A DNA stretch of 64,000 bases from Deltaproteobacteria bacterium (GCA_018401435.1 JAGYJW010000007.1:86615-150614); one strand, 5' to 3'; shown: positions 48,099 through 60,661, counted from the stretch's first letter. The notes: generated by a model from the sequence alone, not told the origin. Translations and numbers: made by a program.

Positions 48099-48371
48099 GT
48101 GTCTGACAGCCACAGCACCCAGGGTGCTCCCGACCAGGCGGCCCTCGCCGCAAGCCTCGCCGGCGTCGCGGTCGAGCCCGACAACGTCCCCACCCGCTTC
48201 CTCACGCTGGTGGGCGCCGCGCTGACGGTGGTGGTGATCGGCGGGGTCCTGCTCGCCATCACCCTGTTCAACCACGAGAAGGCCGCCCAGTTCGAGGCCA
48301 AGGGCTACGGCAACATCGATCAGGCCCCCCACGTGATGCCCAAGACCGAAGGTCCGGTGTCGGCCCAGTGA
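48099..48371 (+). CDS. Small single-TM protein heading the cox operon
   Basis: GAGG RBS, GTG start, one TM segment, GTGA overlap with the SCO gene. Confidence 0.65.
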   Translation: MSDSHSTQGAPDQAALAASLAGVAVEPDNVPTRFLTLVGAALTVVVIGGVLLAITLFNHEKAAQFEAKGYGNIDQAPHVMPKTEGPVSAQ

Positions 48372-49216
48372 CCCGCTCCCCCGCCCGCACCCGCCGCCTG
48401 CGCCCGCTGTGGCGTTGGCTGGCCGTGGTCGCGCTGGCGGCGGGACTGGGCTTTGCACCTGGGGTTCAGGCCGCCGAGGCCCTGCCCCAGGAGCTGGTGG
48501 GCGTGACCGTGGTGGAGCACCTGGGCGACCGGGTCGATCCCAACCTGCGCTTCACCGACGAGCAGGGGGTCGAGCGCAGCATGGGCGAGCTGCTGCAGGG
48601 CGATGTGCCCGTGCTGCTCACCCTCAACTACTACTCCTGCCAGACCCTCTGCAGCCTGCAGCTCAACGCGCTGATGGGCGGCCTCAAGGGCCTGGACTGG
48701 ACCCCCGGCGACCGTTTCCGCATCATCACCGTCTCCATCGACCCCAAGGAGGGGCCGGAGCTGGCGCGGGAGAAGCGGGCCTCCTACCTCGAAGCCTATG
48801 GCCGGGGCGACGTGGACTGGCGCTTCTTGACCGGCCAGCCCGACCAGATCGAGGCCCTGGCCTCCACCATCGGCTTTGGCTACCGCTTCGACGAGCGCAC
48901 GGGCCAATACGCCCACCCCGCCGTCCTCACCTTCCTCAGCCCCGACGGCGTGGTCGCCCGCTACGTCTATGGGCTGGAATACTCCCCCCGCGACCTGCGC
49001 TTCGCCCTGATGGAAGCCGCCGCCGGTCGCTTGGGGAGCCCCGTTGACAAGCTCGTGCTGAGCTGCTTTCGCTACGACGAGACCGAAGGTCGCTACACGC
49101 CATTCGCCTTCGGGGTCATGCGCCTCGGCGGCGTGATGACCATGGTGGCCATGGCCGGTCTCGGCATCGTCCTGTGGCGCCGGGAACAGACTCGGCCAGA
49201 CCGGAGTGACACGTGA
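48368..49216 (+). CDS. SCO family protein (cox-operon type)
   Basis: YYSCQTLC, TVSIDP, QYAHPA, C-terminal CFRYD and TM segment. Confidence 0.88.
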   Translation: MTRSPARTRRLRPLWRWLAVVALAAGLGFAPGVQAAEALPQELVGVTVVEHLGDRVDPNLRFTDEQGVERSMGELLQGDVPVLLTLNYYSCQTLCSLQLNALMGGLKGLDWTPGDRFRIITVSIDPKEGPELAREKRASYLEAYGRGDVDWRFLTGQPDQIEALASTIGFGYRFDERTGQYAHPAVLTFLSPDGVVARYVYGLEYSPRDLRFALMEAAAGRLGSPVDKLVLSCFRYDETEGRYTPFAFGVMRLGGVMTMVAMAGLGIVLWRREQTRPDRSDT

Positions 49217-50211
49217 CGCCCCTCCTCTTCACCGCACTCGCAGCCCAGGCGCAGGCCCAGGAGCTGGTCCGCCCCGACCGTGATGGCAGCTTCTGGCTGC
49301 CCCCCGCGGCCTCCACCCTCGCCACCGAGATCGACGCGGTCTGGGACTACATCTACTATGTGGATGTCTTCTTCTTCGTGGTCATGGTGGTGGCCATCGT
49401 CTTTCTCTTCGTGCGCTACAAGCAGAAGCACGAGGGCGAGCGCACGGCGGACATCAAGGGCAACCACACCCTCGAGATCGCCTGGTCGGTGGGCCCCACC
49501 TTCTTGCTGGTGGCGATGTTCTGGATGGGCTTCAAGGCCTATATGAACTCGGCCGTGCCGCCTGCGGACGCCTACGAGGTCAAGGTGACGGGCCAGAAGT
49601 GGTTCTGGACCTTCACCTACACGACGCCGGACGGAAAGACCTTCGACAGCGACAAGCTGATCGCCCCCAAGGGCACGCCGGTCAAGCTGCTGATGTCGTC
49701 CAAGGACGTGCTGCACAGCTTCTTCGTGCCGGACTTCCGCATCAAGAAGGATGTGCTGCCCAACCGCTACACGGTGCTCTGGTTCGAGGCCCCCTGGGAG
49801 GGCGAACACCAGATCTACTGCACCGAGTATTGCGGCGACAACCACAGCCGGATGCTGTCCACGGTGCAGGTCCTCGACCCCCAGGACTTCAACGTCTGGA
49901 TCCGTGAGAAGTCGGCTGCCGGGCCCGTCACCGACGGTCCCACCCTCTTCGCCACCAAGGGCTGCGCCGGCTGCCACAGCATCGACGGCAGCACCCTGGT
50001 CGGACCCACCCTCAAGGGCAAGTTCGGCACCCAGGAGAAGCTCGCCGACGGCACCTCGGTGACCGTGGACGAGAACTACCTCCGCGAGAGCATCGTCGCC
50101 CCCGCCGCCAAGGTGGTCGCTGGCTTCTCGCCGGTCATGCCGCCTTACGCCGGTCAGCTCACCGACGAGCAGATCGACGGCCTGATCGCCTACATCAAGA
50201 CCCTGAACTGA
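49213..50211 (+). CDS. coxB: Cytochrome c oxidase subunit II with fused cytochrome c (caa3 type)
   Basis: DVLHSF, CTEYCGDNHSRM (CuA) and CAGCH heme c motif. Confidence 0.96.
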   Translation: MTPLLFTALAAQAQAQELVRPDRDGSFWLPPAASTLATEIDAVWDYIYYVDVFFFVVMVVAIVFLFVRYKQKHEGERTADIKGNHTLEIAWSVGPTFLLVAMFWMGFKAYMNSAVPPADAYEVKVTGQKWFWTFTYTTPDGKTFDSDKLIAPKGTPVKLLMSSKDVLHSFFVPDFRIKKDVLPNRYTVLWFEAPWEGEHQIYCTEYCGDNHSRMLSTVQVLDPQDFNVWIREKSAAGPVTDGPTLFATKGCAGCHSIDGSTLVGPTLKGKFGTQEKLADGTSVTVDENYLRESIVAPAAKVVAGFSPVMPPYAGQLTDEQIDGLIAYIKTLN

Positions 50212-50220
50212 GGATCCCCC

Positions 50221-51867
50221 ATGAGCTCCTCGACCGTTGACGGCCTCGACCCTGCCCACAGCGGGGACCACCCGTCCTACCTGACGGCCCAGCGCGGCCT
50301 GCTGTCCTGGCTCCTCACCATCGATCACAAGCGGATCGGGGTGATGTACCTGGGCACCATCCTGACCTTCTTCATGATCGGCGGTCTGCTGGCCATGGGC
50401 GTGCGGGCAGAGCTCTTCACCCCCGAAGGCGACCTGTTCAGCCCCAACACCTACAACCGGGTGTTCACGCTGCACGGCGCCATCATGGTCTTCCTGGTGC
50501 TGGTGCCGGCCATCCCCGCCAGCTTGGGCAACTTCCTGCTGCCCCTGCACCTGGGTGCGGTGGACGTGGCCTTCCCCAAGCTCAACCTGGCCAGCTTCCA
50601 CATCTATGTGCTGGGGGCCTTGTTCCTGGTCTACACGCTGATCACCGGCGGCGTGGACACGGGCTGGACCTTCTACACCCCCTATAGCAGCCAGTCCGAC
50701 ACCTCGGTGCTGTCGGCGCTGACGGGCGTGTTCATCCTGGGCTTCTCCAGCATCCTGACCGGCCTGAACTTCATCGTGACGGTGCACAAGATGCGGGCGC
50801 CGGGCATGAGCTTCGGCCGCATGCCCCTCTTTGTGTGGGCCATCTACGCCACCAGCGTCATCCAGGTGCTCGCCACCCCGGTCATCGCCATCACCCTCTT
50901 CCTCGCCATCTTTGAGCGGGCAGTGGGCATCGGCATCTTCGACCCGGCCCTGGGCGGCGACCCCGTGCTCTTCCAGCACTTCTTCTGGTTCTACAGCCAC
51001 CCCGTCGTCTACGTGATGGTGCTGCCGGCCTTCGGCATCATCTCCGAGCTCGTCACGGTGCACAGCCGCAAGCACATCTTCGGCTACACCGCCATCGCCG
51101 CCTCGTCGGTGGCCATCGCGGCGGTCGGCTTCTTCATCTGGGGCCACCACATGTTCGTGAGTGGTCAGTCCGAGCTCAGCGGCACCATCTTCTCGCTGCT
51201 GACCTTCGGCGTGGCCATCCCCACCGCCATCAAGCTGTGCTCCTGGGTCGCCACCCTCTACAAGGGCTCGATTCGCTGGAACACCCCGATGCTCTACGCC
51301 ATCGGCTTCCTCTGGATCTTCTTGATCGGCGGCCTCACCGGCCTGCCCCTGGCCACCATGGCCACCGATGTGCACCTGCACGACACCTACTTCGTGGTGG
51401 CCCACTTCCACTACGTGATGATGGGCGGTGTGCTCTTTGCGCTCATCGGCGGGATGCACCACTGGTGGCCCAAGATGACCGGCAAGATGTACAACCTGAA
51501 GATCGGCAACGCCGTCTTCCTGCTGGTCTTTGGTGGCTACAACCTGACCTTCTTCCCGCAGTTCATCGCCGGTACCCGCGGCATGCCCCGCCGCTACCAC
51601 GAGTACCTGCCCGAGTTCGAGTTCTGGAACCAGCTCTCGACCATCGGCGCCTTCACCTTCGGCGTCTCGCTCTTCATGGTGCTCGGCTACCTGCTGACCT
51701 CCTTGATCAGCGGCGAGAAGGCCCCCGCCAACCCCTGGGGTGGCAAGTCGATGGAGTGGGAGACCGAGAGCCCCCCCATCGAACACAACTTCGGCCACAA
51801 GCCCATCTGCACGCACGGTCCCTACGACTTCGACGAGATCGTCCCGAACCCGAAGGGCGGCCACTGA
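50221..51867 (+). CDS. coxA: Cytochrome c oxidase subunit I (A2 type)
   Basis: [37 protein letters not shown]. Confidence 0.97.
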   Translation: MSSSTVDGLDPAHSGDHPSYLTAQRGLLSWLLTIDHKRIGVMYLGTILTFFMIGGLLAMGVRAELFTPEGDLFSPNTYNRVFTLHGAIMVFLVLVPAIPASLGNFLLPLHLGAVDVAFPKLNLASFHIYVLGALFLVYTLITGGVDTGWTFYTPYSSQSDTSVLSALTGVFILGFSSILTGLNFIVTVHKMRAPGMSFGRMPLFVWAIYATSVIQVLATPVIAITLFLAIFERAVGIGIFDPALGGDPVLFQHFFWFYSHPVVYVMVLPAFGIISELVTVHSRKHIFGYTAIAASSVAIAAVGFFIWGHHMFVSGQSELSGTIFSLLTFGVAIPTAIKLCSWVATLYKGSIRWNTPMLYAIGFLWIFLIGGLTGLPLATMATDVHLHDTYFVVAHFHYVMMGGVLFALIGGMHHWWPKMTGKMYNLKIGNAVFLLVFGGYNLTFFPQFIAGTRGMPRRYHEYLPEFEFWNQLSTIGAFTFGVSLFMVLGYLLTSLISGEKAPANPWGGKSMEWETESPPIEHNFGHKPICTHGPYDFDEIVPNPKGGH

Positions 51868-51924
51868 GCCCCCTTCCTTGACGGACCCCCACGGACCCCT
51901 GCGGGGCACCCGGAGAATCTCCCC

Positions 51925-52617
51925 ATGAGCACCTCTGTCGAGAACGAGTCCAGCGAGGCCGCCCACGGCGACCAGCCCTGGTACCTGGCCCACCACTTCC
52001 ACGACATGGGGCAGCAGAACGCTGCCACCAAGTTTGGCATGTGGCTCTTCCTGGTCCAGGAGACGCTGTTCTTCGCGGGCCTCTTCATGGCCTACATCGC
52101 CTTCCGCTGGCTCTACCCGGACACCTGGCTGCAGGCGGCCGAGCAGCTGGACAAGACCATGGGCGGCGTCAACACCGTGGTCCTGCTGGCCAGCAGCTTG
52201 ACCATGGCCCTGGCCGTTCGGGCAGCCCAGACCGACGACCAGAAGAAGCTGCAAATCTGGCTGCTGGCCACCATTGGTGGGGCCTTCGGCTTCCTCGTCA
52301 TCAAGTTCATCGAGTACAGCCACAAGCTGCACGTGGGCTTGTTGCCGGGCAAGTGGTTCTCGGCGGGCGAGCTGACCGGCGAACCCTCGGCCACCTTCGC
52401 GCCGCAGATCTTCTTCAGCATCTACTTCATGATGACCGGCGTGCACGGTCTTCACGTGGTGATCGGCATCGGCGTGATCTTCTGGATCTACCTGCGCGCC
52501 CGGCGCGGCGACTTCAACCCCGAGAATTACTCGGCGGTCGAAAACGTCGGCCTGTACTGGCACCTTGTGGACCTGATCTGGATCTTCCTCTTCCCGCTCC
52601 TCTACCTCGTGCGCTGA
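51925..52617 (+). CDS. coxC: Cytochrome c oxidase subunit III
   Basis: [29 protein letters not shown]. Confidence 0.95.
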   Translation: MSTSVENESSEAAHGDQPWYLAHHFHDMGQQNAATKFGMWLFLVQETLFFAGLFMAYIAFRWLYPDTWLQAAEQLDKTMGGVNTVVLLASSLTMALAVRAAQTDDQKKLQIWLLATIGGAFGFLVIKFIEYSHKLHVGLLPGKWFSAGELTGEPSATFAPQIFFSIYFMMTGVHGLHVVIGIGVIFWIYLRARRGDFNPENYSAVENVGLYWHLVDLIWIFLFPLLYLVR

Positions 52618-52645
52618 CGCGCCCCCTGCGCACCAGGAGACCCCC

Positions 52646-53056
52646 ATGGCTTCCGACGCCCACGCCGCCCACGGCGAGCACCACGTCACCCCCCTCAAGA
52701 CCTACTACATCGTCTTTGGCTGCTTGTTGGGCCTGACCGGCCTGACCTATGCCGTGTCCTTTGCGGGCTTTGAGCCCAAGGTCAGCATCGTCATCGCCAT
52801 GGCGGTGGCCCTGACCAAGGCCTCGCTGGTGGGGGCCTGGTTCATGCACCTGGCCCACGACGTGAAGTTCAACATCTTCACCTTCTTGTCGGCCCTGTGG
52901 TTCGCCGCCATCTTCTGGATCTTCACGATGGCCGACGTCACCAGCCGGGGCGCCATCCTCGAAGACATCGACAACTTCACCCTGCGCCAGGACAACGCGC
53001 CGGCCGCCACGGTTGCGCCGCCCGCTGCCCCCGCGGAGGGCGCGGCCCATCACTGA
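52646..53056 (+). CDS. ctaF: Cytochrome c oxidase subunit IV (CtaF-like)
   Basis: Three TM segments, KASLV..WFMHL, and position after subunit III. Confidence 0.85.
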   Translation: MASDAHAAHGEHHVTPLKTYYIVFGCLLGLTGLTYAVSFAGFEPKVSIVIAMAVALTKASLVGAWFMHLAHDVKFNIFTFLSALWFAAIFWIFTMADVTSRGAILEDIDNFTLRQDNAPAATVAPPAAPAEGAAHH

Positions 53057-53069
53057 GCCCCAGCCGCCT

Positions 53070-53315
53070 GTGGCCCCTCCAGACCCGGCCGCGGAGGTCG
53101 CCCAGGTGGCGGCTCCGCGGCCGGCCTGCAAATGCGGCTATGACCGCGACCACCTGATGGTCAGCCGGGAGCCCCGCTACGGCGTGTGGAAGGGCTTCTG
53201 GGTGATGTTCATGGGGGTGTCCATGCTGCCCTACCGGGTGGACTTCCGCTGCCGGGTCTGCCTGCAGGTCTTTGACGCGACCACCGACCCGGCTGTCATG
53301 AAAGACACGATGTAG
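53070..53315 (+). CDS. Small Cys-motif (CxC...CxxC) protein
   Basis: CKCG...FRCRVC flanking a hydrophobic stretch; GC3-biased. Start uncertain. Confidence 0.6.
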   Translation: MAPPDPAAEVAQVAAPRPACKCGYDRDHLMVSREPRYGVWKGFWVMFMGVSMLPYRVDFRCRVCLQVFDATTDPAVMKDTM

Positions 53316-53393
53316 GACGGATCCTCCCCCCGGGTCACCGGCCCGCGCGCCGCCCCCAGGCTAAGGAGCCCGCCACCGTCCAGGGAGGACACC

Positions 53394-54374
53394 ATGAAGG
53401 ATCCCATCAAGGTCGCCGTCACGGGCGCCGCCGGCAACATCGGCTACGCCCTGCTCTTCCGCATCGCTTCGGGCGACTGCTTTGGCAAGGACCAGCCGGT
53501 TCAGCTGCAGCTCCTCGAGATCCCCCCGGCCATGAAGGCGGTCGAGGGTGTGGTCATGGAGCTCAACGACTGCGCCTTCCCCCTGCTGCACGGCGTCACC
53601 ATCTCCGATGACCCCAATGTTGCCTTTGCCGGCGTCAACCGGGCCTTCCTGGTGGGCAGCAAGCCCCGCACCAAGGGCATGGAGCGGGCCGACCTGGTGC
53701 GCACCAACGGCCCCATCTTCACCGGGCAGGGCCGCGCCATCAACGACCACGCCGCCGACGATGTGCGCGTGGTGGTGGTGGGCAACCCCTGCAATACCAA
53801 CGCCCTGATCGCCATGCACGCGGCCCCCGATGTGCCCCGCGAGCGCTTCACCGCCATGACCCGCCTGGACCAGAACCGCGCGGTGGCGCAGGTTGCGGGC
53901 AAGCTGGGCCTGACGCCGGGCGCCATCAGCAAGATGGCCATCTACGGCAACCACAGCCCCACCATGTTCGCCGACTTCTTCCACGCCGAGGCCAATGGCA
54001 AGCCGGTGCTCGGGCAGATCGACGAGGCCTGGCTCAAGGAGATCTTCCTGTCCACGGTGGGCCAGCGCGGCGCGGCGATCATCGAAGCCCGGGGCGCATC
54101 CAGCGCCGCCAGCGCCGCCGGCGCCGCCATCGACCACATGGCCACCTGGGAGACCGGCACCCGGCCCGGCCAGTGGGCCAGCATGGCCGTGCCCAGCAAG
54201 GGCGAGTACGGCGTGCCCAAGGGCCTGATCTTCAGCTTCCCGGTGACCATCTCCGGCGGCAAGTACAGCGTGGTCGAGGGCCTGACCCACAACGCCTTCG
54301 CCCAGGAGAAGCTGGCCGCCACCATCGCCGAGCTGGAGAGCGAGCGCGAGGCGGTGGCCGACCTGCTCGGCTGA
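53394..54374 (+). CDS. mdh: Malate dehydrogenase (MDH type 2)
   Basis: [42 protein letters not shown]; GGAGG RBS. Confidence 0.96.
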   Translation: MKDPIKVAVTGAAGNIGYALLFRIASGDCFGKDQPVQLQLLEIPPAMKAVEGVVMELNDCAFPLLHGVTISDDPNVAFAGVNRAFLVGSKPRTKGMERADLVRTNGPIFTGQGRAINDHAADDVRVVVVGNPCNTNALIAMHAAPDVPRERFTAMTRLDQNRAVAQVAGKLGLTPGAISKMAIYGNHSPTMFADFFHAEANGKPVLGQIDEAWLKEIFLSTVGQRGAAIIEARGASSAASAAGAAIDHMATWETGTRPGQWASMAVPSKGEYGVPKGLIFSFPVTISGGKYSVVEGLTHNAFAQEKLAATIAELESEREAVADLLG

Positions 54375-54619
54375 GCCCGAGCACCGCAGGCCCCGCGGGG
54401 CCCCCTCGGCCCCCTCGGCCTGCGCCGGGGGGGCCGTCTTGCTCCCCCCCCGGCGCGGCCGGATGCGATCGACCCGGGGCAGGTCATTGGCGCAGGTTGG
54501 GGGCAACGTGCGCGCACGAGCTTGCAAAGCGCTTGCAGAAGTCGAGGAAGGCTGGCCACTTCGGCTATGCTGGTCTGCCGGCCCTGTTGTCCCATCGGCC
54601 CGACCTTGCGGAGGTCCCC

Positions 54620-56191
54620 ATGCGCACCCTCTCCATCCTCCTCCTCCCGGTGCTCGTCGGTTGCACCGAGTCCAGCCTCCACGGCCTGAAGGATGGCGAG
54701 GGCGGCCCCGACGCCCAGATCGAGGTCACCCCCGAGTATGTGGACTTCGGCATGGTGGGCTCCGATGTCGACACGGTGTCGCGCACCTTCGTCATCCGGT
54801 CGGTGGGCACCGAGGACCTGGATGTCAGCGGCATCACCCTGCAGGGCGAAGACGCTTTCAGCTTCATGATCGCCACGGCCGATACCAGCTTCTTGCTGCC
54901 CTCTGGGGCCGAACGCGAGATTCAGGTGCTCTACGCCGCCACCGGCAGCGACGGCAGCAGCGCCGAGGCCAGCATCGCGTCCAACGCCGCCGACAACGAG
55001 ATCAAGATCGTGCAGCTGGTCGGCCAGCCCGCGGTGCCCGATCTGCAGGTCAGCCCCGACCCCCTGGAATTCGGCAACGCCTATATTGGCTGTGACCGCA
55101 CCAACGACGTCGAGCTGACCAATGTCGGCGCCGAGACCCTCATCGTGGACTCGCTGTCCTGGGCCGGTGACGACACCAATATGGGCTTTGTCGGCGGAGA
55201 CTTCGAGCTGCCCCTGGTCTTGGAGCCCGGCGAGTCCGTGTGGGCCAGCTTCTGGTTCAACCCCAGCGACCAGGTCGAGTATGGCGGCGAGCTGGTGGCC
55301 CTCACCAACGAGCCCGAGGGCGAGACCCGCCACGAACAATTCGGCAGCGGCATCTATGCCGGCGCCTATACCGACAGCTGGGAGATGCCCTACGATCCGC
55401 CCGCAGACATCATGTTCGCGGTGGACCAGAGCTGCTCCATGGACGATGACGCCTCGCGTCTGGCCAGCAACTTTGGCTCCTTCATCACCCAGCTCAACGG
55501 CTACAGCACCGACTGGCAGATCATGGTCGCCAACAACGACGATGGCTGCACCAACTCGGGCATCCTGACCCCGGCGACCTCGGGCTATGACTCCACCTTC
55601 CGCTCCTCGGTGGGTGCTGGGGGCGGCGCCTACACCGAGGCCCTGCTCACGGTGGCCGCCAACGCCATCGAGAAGGCCAGCACCGGCGTCTGCAACAACG
55701 GCTTCTTGCGCGCCGACGCGATGCTGCACATCGTGCTGGTGAGCGATGAGCCCGAGCAGTCCTACACCGGCTGGAGCAGCCTGGTGAGCCGGGTGACCGC
55801 CGCCAAGGCCGCGTCGGGCGGCAGCTCGGGCAATGTGCGCATCTCGGCCATCGCCGGCGATGTGCCCTATGGCTGCAGCAGCGCGGACGCGGGCACGGGC
55901 TATGCCGAGGCCGTCGCGGCCACGGGCGGCGTCTTCCTCAGCATCTGCTCGGACTGGGCGAGCCCCACCAACCTCGCCCTGCTGGCCGAAACCTCGGTCA
56001 GCCAGGACAGCTTCACCCTCAGCCGGGTGCCGGTGCCCAGCACCATCGCCGTCACCCACAACGGCGCGCCGCGCTCCGCCAGCGACTGGTCCTTCCAGGC
56101 CAGCGACAACTCGGTGCGCATCCTCACCGGCGTTCCGGGCGAGGGCGACACCGTGGACATCAGCTACAACGGCGTGGCCTCCTGCGACTGA
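54620..56191 (+). CDS. Lipoprotein with two Ig-like (choice-of-anchor D/ASH) domains and a vWA domain
   Basis: LVGC lipobox; two P..(V/L)(D/E)FG...(S/N)VG.E.L repeats; MIDAS-like VDQSCSM and VSDEPEQS. Confidence 0.75.
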   Translation: MRTLSILLLPVLVGCTESSLHGLKDGEGGPDAQIEVTPEYVDFGMVGSDVDTVSRTFVIRSVGTEDLDVSGITLQGEDAFSFMIATADTSFLLPSGAEREIQVLYAATGSDGSSAEASIASNAADNEIKIVQLVGQPAVPDLQVSPDPLEFGNAYIGCDRTNDVELTNVGAETLIVDSLSWAGDDTNMGFVGGDFELPLVLEPGESVWASFWFNPSDQVEYGGELVALTNEPEGETRHEQFGSGIYAGAYTDSWEMPYDPPADIMFAVDQSCSMDDDASRLASNFGSFITQLNGYSTDWQIMVANNDDGCTNSGILTPATSGYDSTFRSSVGAGGGAYTEALLTVAANAIEKASTGVCNNGFLRADAMLHIVLVSDEPEQSYTGWSSLVSRVTAAKAASGGSSGNVRISAIAGDVPYGCSSADAGTGYAEAVAATGGVFLSICSDWASPTNLALLAETSVSQDSFTLSRVPVPSTIAVTHNGAPRSASDWSFQASDNSVRILTGVPGEGDTVDISYNGVASCD

Positions 56192-56203
56192 TCCCGGACG
56201 GGT

Positions 56204-57231
<1,028 letters not shown>

Positions 57232-57235
<4 letters not shown>

Positions 57236-58848
57236 GGCTGGGCTCCGGTGGGGACCACCAAGGGGGGCAGGTAGCTGGCCGGCGCGGGGAGGCCGCAGAG
57301 CACCAGCAGGGTGGCGCCAATCTGGGCGAGACCGCCGCCCGGCTGGCCGCCCGCCTGCTTCAAGGTCCAGCGGCCGGTGGGGTCCACCAGGATGAAGGGC
57401 ACGGGGTTGAGGCTGTGGCTGGAGGAGGGCAGGGGCTGGCCGGCGGCGTCCTTCTGGGGGCGCCCCGCCTTGTCGAGCTTGAACATCTCGTCGGCATTGC
57501 CGTGATCGGCGGTCACCAGCAGCAGGGCGCCCTGTGCGGCGCAGGCCTGCACCACCGGCGCCAGGGCGGCATCCGCGGCCTCCACCGACTGCACCGTGGC
57601 CGCGAAGTCGCCGGTGTGGCCGACCATATCGCCATTGGCCAGGTTGAAGCGGATGTGGTCGTAGCCGCCGTCCTTTAGGGCGCCGACCACCGCCGCGGCG
57701 ATCTCGGCCGCCCGCATCTGGGGGTGGGCGTCGGCGCCGCCGGGCCAGCTGGCCACCTCCTTCCAGACCTCGCCGGGCAGGGGGGCCGAGCGGTTGCCAT
57801 TGAAGAAGTAGGTGACATGGCCGAATTTCTGGGTCTCGCTGGTGGCGAAGACCCGCTTGCCCGCTGCGGCGAGATTCTCTCCCACCGTGTCTGCAATTTC
57901 GGGCGGCTCCACCAGATAGGCGGATGGAAGCGCCAGATCGCCGTCGTACTGCATCATGCCGGCAAAGCTCAGGTCGGGCACGCGGCCCCGGTCAAAGGCA
58001 GAGAAGGCCGGCCCGCCCTCAAAGGCCTGGCTGATCTCGACCGCCCGGTCTCCGCGGAAATTGGTGAGGATCACGGCGTCGCCGTCCTGCATGCCGGCGT
58101 AGTCGCCCACGATGAAGGCAGGCAGGTGCTGATCGTCGATCTCGGGGTCTTCTGCGTAGAGGGTATTCACCGCCTCGGAGGCCGAAACAAAGCGCCGCCC
58201 CTCGCCGCGCACATGGGTCAACCAGCCCCGAGCCACCATGGGCCAGTCTGCCCCGTAGCGGTCCATGGTGATGTGCATGCGCCCGCCGCCGCTGCCGATG
58301 GCCCAGTCGCCGGGGCGCGCCGCGAGATCGCGCTCCAGGGGTTCGATCCAGGTGAGGGCAGAGCGGGCCTGCACGTCGCGCCCATCGGTGAGCACATGCA
58401 CGCGGACCCGGCGCAGGCCCTCGGCCCGGGCCCGGTCCAGCAGGGCGTGGAGGTGGCGCACATGGCTGTGCACATTGCCGTCGCTCAGCAGGCCCAGCAG
58501 GTGCAAGGTGCCGCCGGCCCGGCCGCGGGCGACGGCGCGCTGCCAGGCGGGCGTCTGCCAGATGCGGCCGCTCGAGATGGCGGCCTCCACCAGCTTTGCG
58601 CCCTGGTCAAAGACCCGGCCCGCCCCCATGGCGTTGTGGCCGACCTCCGAATTGCCCATGTCCCCGTCGCTGGGCAGCCCCACCGCCGTGCCGTGGGCGG
58701 CCAGCAGGCACCAGGGCGCCCGGGCCATCAGGCTGTCCAAGGTGGGGGTGCGGGCCTGGGCCACGGCGTCGGTGTCGTCGCGGCGTCCCCAGCCCACGCC
58801 GTCGAGAATGCACAGGACCACAGGCGGAAGGGCCATTCTCAGCTCCAT
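57232..58848 (-). CDS. gpmI: 2,3-bisphosphoglycerate-independent phosphoglycerate mutase
   Basis: [45 protein letters not shown]. Confidence 0.95.
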
Positions 58849-58864
58849 GCGGCCGGGCCGCGGG

Positions 58865-59371
58865 TCAGGAATCCTCGGGACGGACCGGCTGGATCATCTC
58901 GGTCATGGCCTCTTCGGGGCGGTCCGGCTCGGGCTCGGGCACCCGCATCCAGCGCGGCGGCCGCACCGGGCGCTGGCACCAGGCCGTGGTCGCCACGCCC
59001 ACCGCCAGGAAGGTGGGCAGCAGGCTGCGCCAGTAGACCGACAGAAAGAGCCCTAGCGATTTGTCAGCGTTCAACCGGCCGGCTTGCCAGTCGTGGGGCC
59101 AGAGGAAGAAGAAGAACCAGATGCCGCCCATGCCCGCCAGCAGGCCCATGGGGGCCCCCACCCAGGCCGGCATGCGCCGAAAGACCAGGATGGGGCTGAA
59201 CAGGATGCCGGTCACGGCCCCGGCGGTCGCCGCCTTGAGGGCGCCCATCGAGAAAGCAGCCTGGGCCAGGGTCCAGGAGTCGTCGGGCACCATGACCAAC
59301 AGGGCCGTGGCCCAGCCGCCCAGGGCGAGGCTCACCAGCACGCGACCAAAGCGGATCCAGGCGTCGGACAC
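58865..59371 (-). CDS. Hypothetical membrane protein (about 4 TM segments)
   Basis: Hydrophobic ORF co-oriented with gpmI. Confidence 0.6.
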   Translation of the reverse strand: MSDAWIRFGRVLVSLALGGWATALLVMVPDDSWTLAQAAFSMGALKAATAGAVTGILFSPILVFRRMPAWVGAPMGLLAGMGGIWFFFFLWPHDWQAGRLNADKSLGLFLSVYWRSLLPTFLAVGVATTAWCQRPVRPPRWMRVPEPEPDRPEEAMTEMIQPVRPEDS

Positions 59372-59440
59372 CGGCAGACCTTAGAGCGGGGGCGCGGCGG
59401 GCGCCAGGGGCGGCGTTAGCCTGGGCAACGGAGGCAGCCC

Positions 59441-60661
59441 ATGGATCGTAGCGTGGTGATCATCGGCGGTGGCATCACCGGCACCCTTACGGCCGTGCGC
59501 CTCGCGCGCTCCGGGTGGCGGGTCACCCTGCTTGAAGCCGCGCACATCGGCGCGGGCTCCTCCTCGCGCACGGCGGCCGGCATCCGCCAGCAGTTCAGCA
59601 CCCGCGAGACCGTGCTGGGCATGCGCTACGCCGTGGACGTCTACAAGCGCTTTCCCGAAGAGGTGGGCGGGCTCGTCTCGCCCATTGTGCAGAATGGCTA
59701 CCTCTTCTTGCTGGAGGGGGAGGAGGCCCGGGCGGCGGCGGCGGCCCGGGTGCAGACCCAGCAGGCCTGTGGTCTGCACGAGGTGGAGCTGCTGAGCGCC
59801 CAAGAGACCGCCTTCCGCTTCCCCATTGTGGACGGCGACCGCATCTCGGGTGCCACCTGGTGCCCCACCGATGGCTTTCTGCGCCCCGAGGTGGTCTATG
59901 GCGAGGCCGCCGCCAGCGCGCGGGCGCGGGGCGTGCGCATCGTGCAGGGGGCGCCCGTGGTGGCCGGACACCACCAGGGTGGGCGCCTGGTCGAGGTTCA
60001 GGCCAAGGGCGAGCGTTTCGGCGCCGACCTCTTCATCGACGCCACCAACGCCTGGGGGCCGCGCACCGGGCGCATCCTGGGCGGCACGGATCTGCCTGTC
60101 GCCCCCCTCAAGCGCTACCTGTGGTTCCTGGGGCGCGGCGGCGCCATGACCGGGCCCGAGCTGCTGCGCATGCCCATGGTGATCACGCCCACCGGCGCCT
60201 ACTGCCACCCCGAAAATGCAGACTCGCTGATGACCGGGCTGGCCCACGACGCCCCGCCGGAACCCGACTTTGACAATGAAGACCAGGACCGCATTGACGC
60301 GGAGTTCGACCACCGCAGCGGGGTGGACTCCCGCGCCTATGAGGTCTGGGCCCAGGTGGCCGACGCCTTGCCCGCAGTCGGGGATTTCGCCGGCATCCAC
60401 GCCACCACCACCGGCTTCTATGGCGCCACCCCCGACCACAACCCCTTCCTGGCCTATGACCCGGCGGTTCCCAACCTGCTGCGGCTGGTGGGCTTCTCGG
60501 GCCATGGGGCCATGTTCGGGCCCTTCAGCGCGCTGGTGGCCGACGCCCTGGCCGAGGAGGGGGGCCCGCTGGAGGCCGTCGAGGTGCTCGGCCAGCGGGT
60601 GCCCCTGGCCGCCTTCGCCATCGGCCGGGACTTTGCCGGCCACGAGGCCATGGTGATCTGA
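59441..60661 (+). CDS. FAD-dependent oxidoreductase, DAO/sarcosine oxidase beta-like
   Basis: IIGGGITG, GSSSRTAAGIRQQF, DATNAW, TPDHNP, GFSGHG. Confidence 0.88.
   Translation: MDRSVVIIGGGITGTLTAVRLARSGWRVTLLEAAHIGAGSSSRTAAGIRQQFSTRETVLGMRYAVDVYKRFPEEVGGLVSPIVQNGYLFLLEGEEARAAAAARVQTQQACGLHEVELLSAQETAFRFPIVDGDRISGATWCPTDGFLRPEVVYGEAAASARARGVRIVQGAPVVAGHHQGGRLVEVQAKGERFGADLFIDATNAWGPRTGRILGGTDLPVAPLKRYLWFLGRGGAMTGPELLRMPMVITPTGAYCHPENADSLMTGLAHDAPPEPDFDNEDQDRIDAEFDHRSGVDSRAYEVWAQVADALPAVGDFAGIHATTTGFYGATPDHNPFLAYDPAVPNLLRLVGFSGHGAMFGPFSALVADALAEEGGPLEAVEVLGQRVPLAAFAIGRDFAGHEAMVI

Noticed and set aside
49093-52698. 1201-aa antisense ORF and similar long antisense ORFs (21835-24285, 33254-35176, 53942-56059)
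   Set aside because: These are mirror frames of GC3-biased genes with no recognisable motifs.
54380-54455. Intrinsic terminator after mdh
   Set aside because: GC stems are possible, but there is no convincing U tract.
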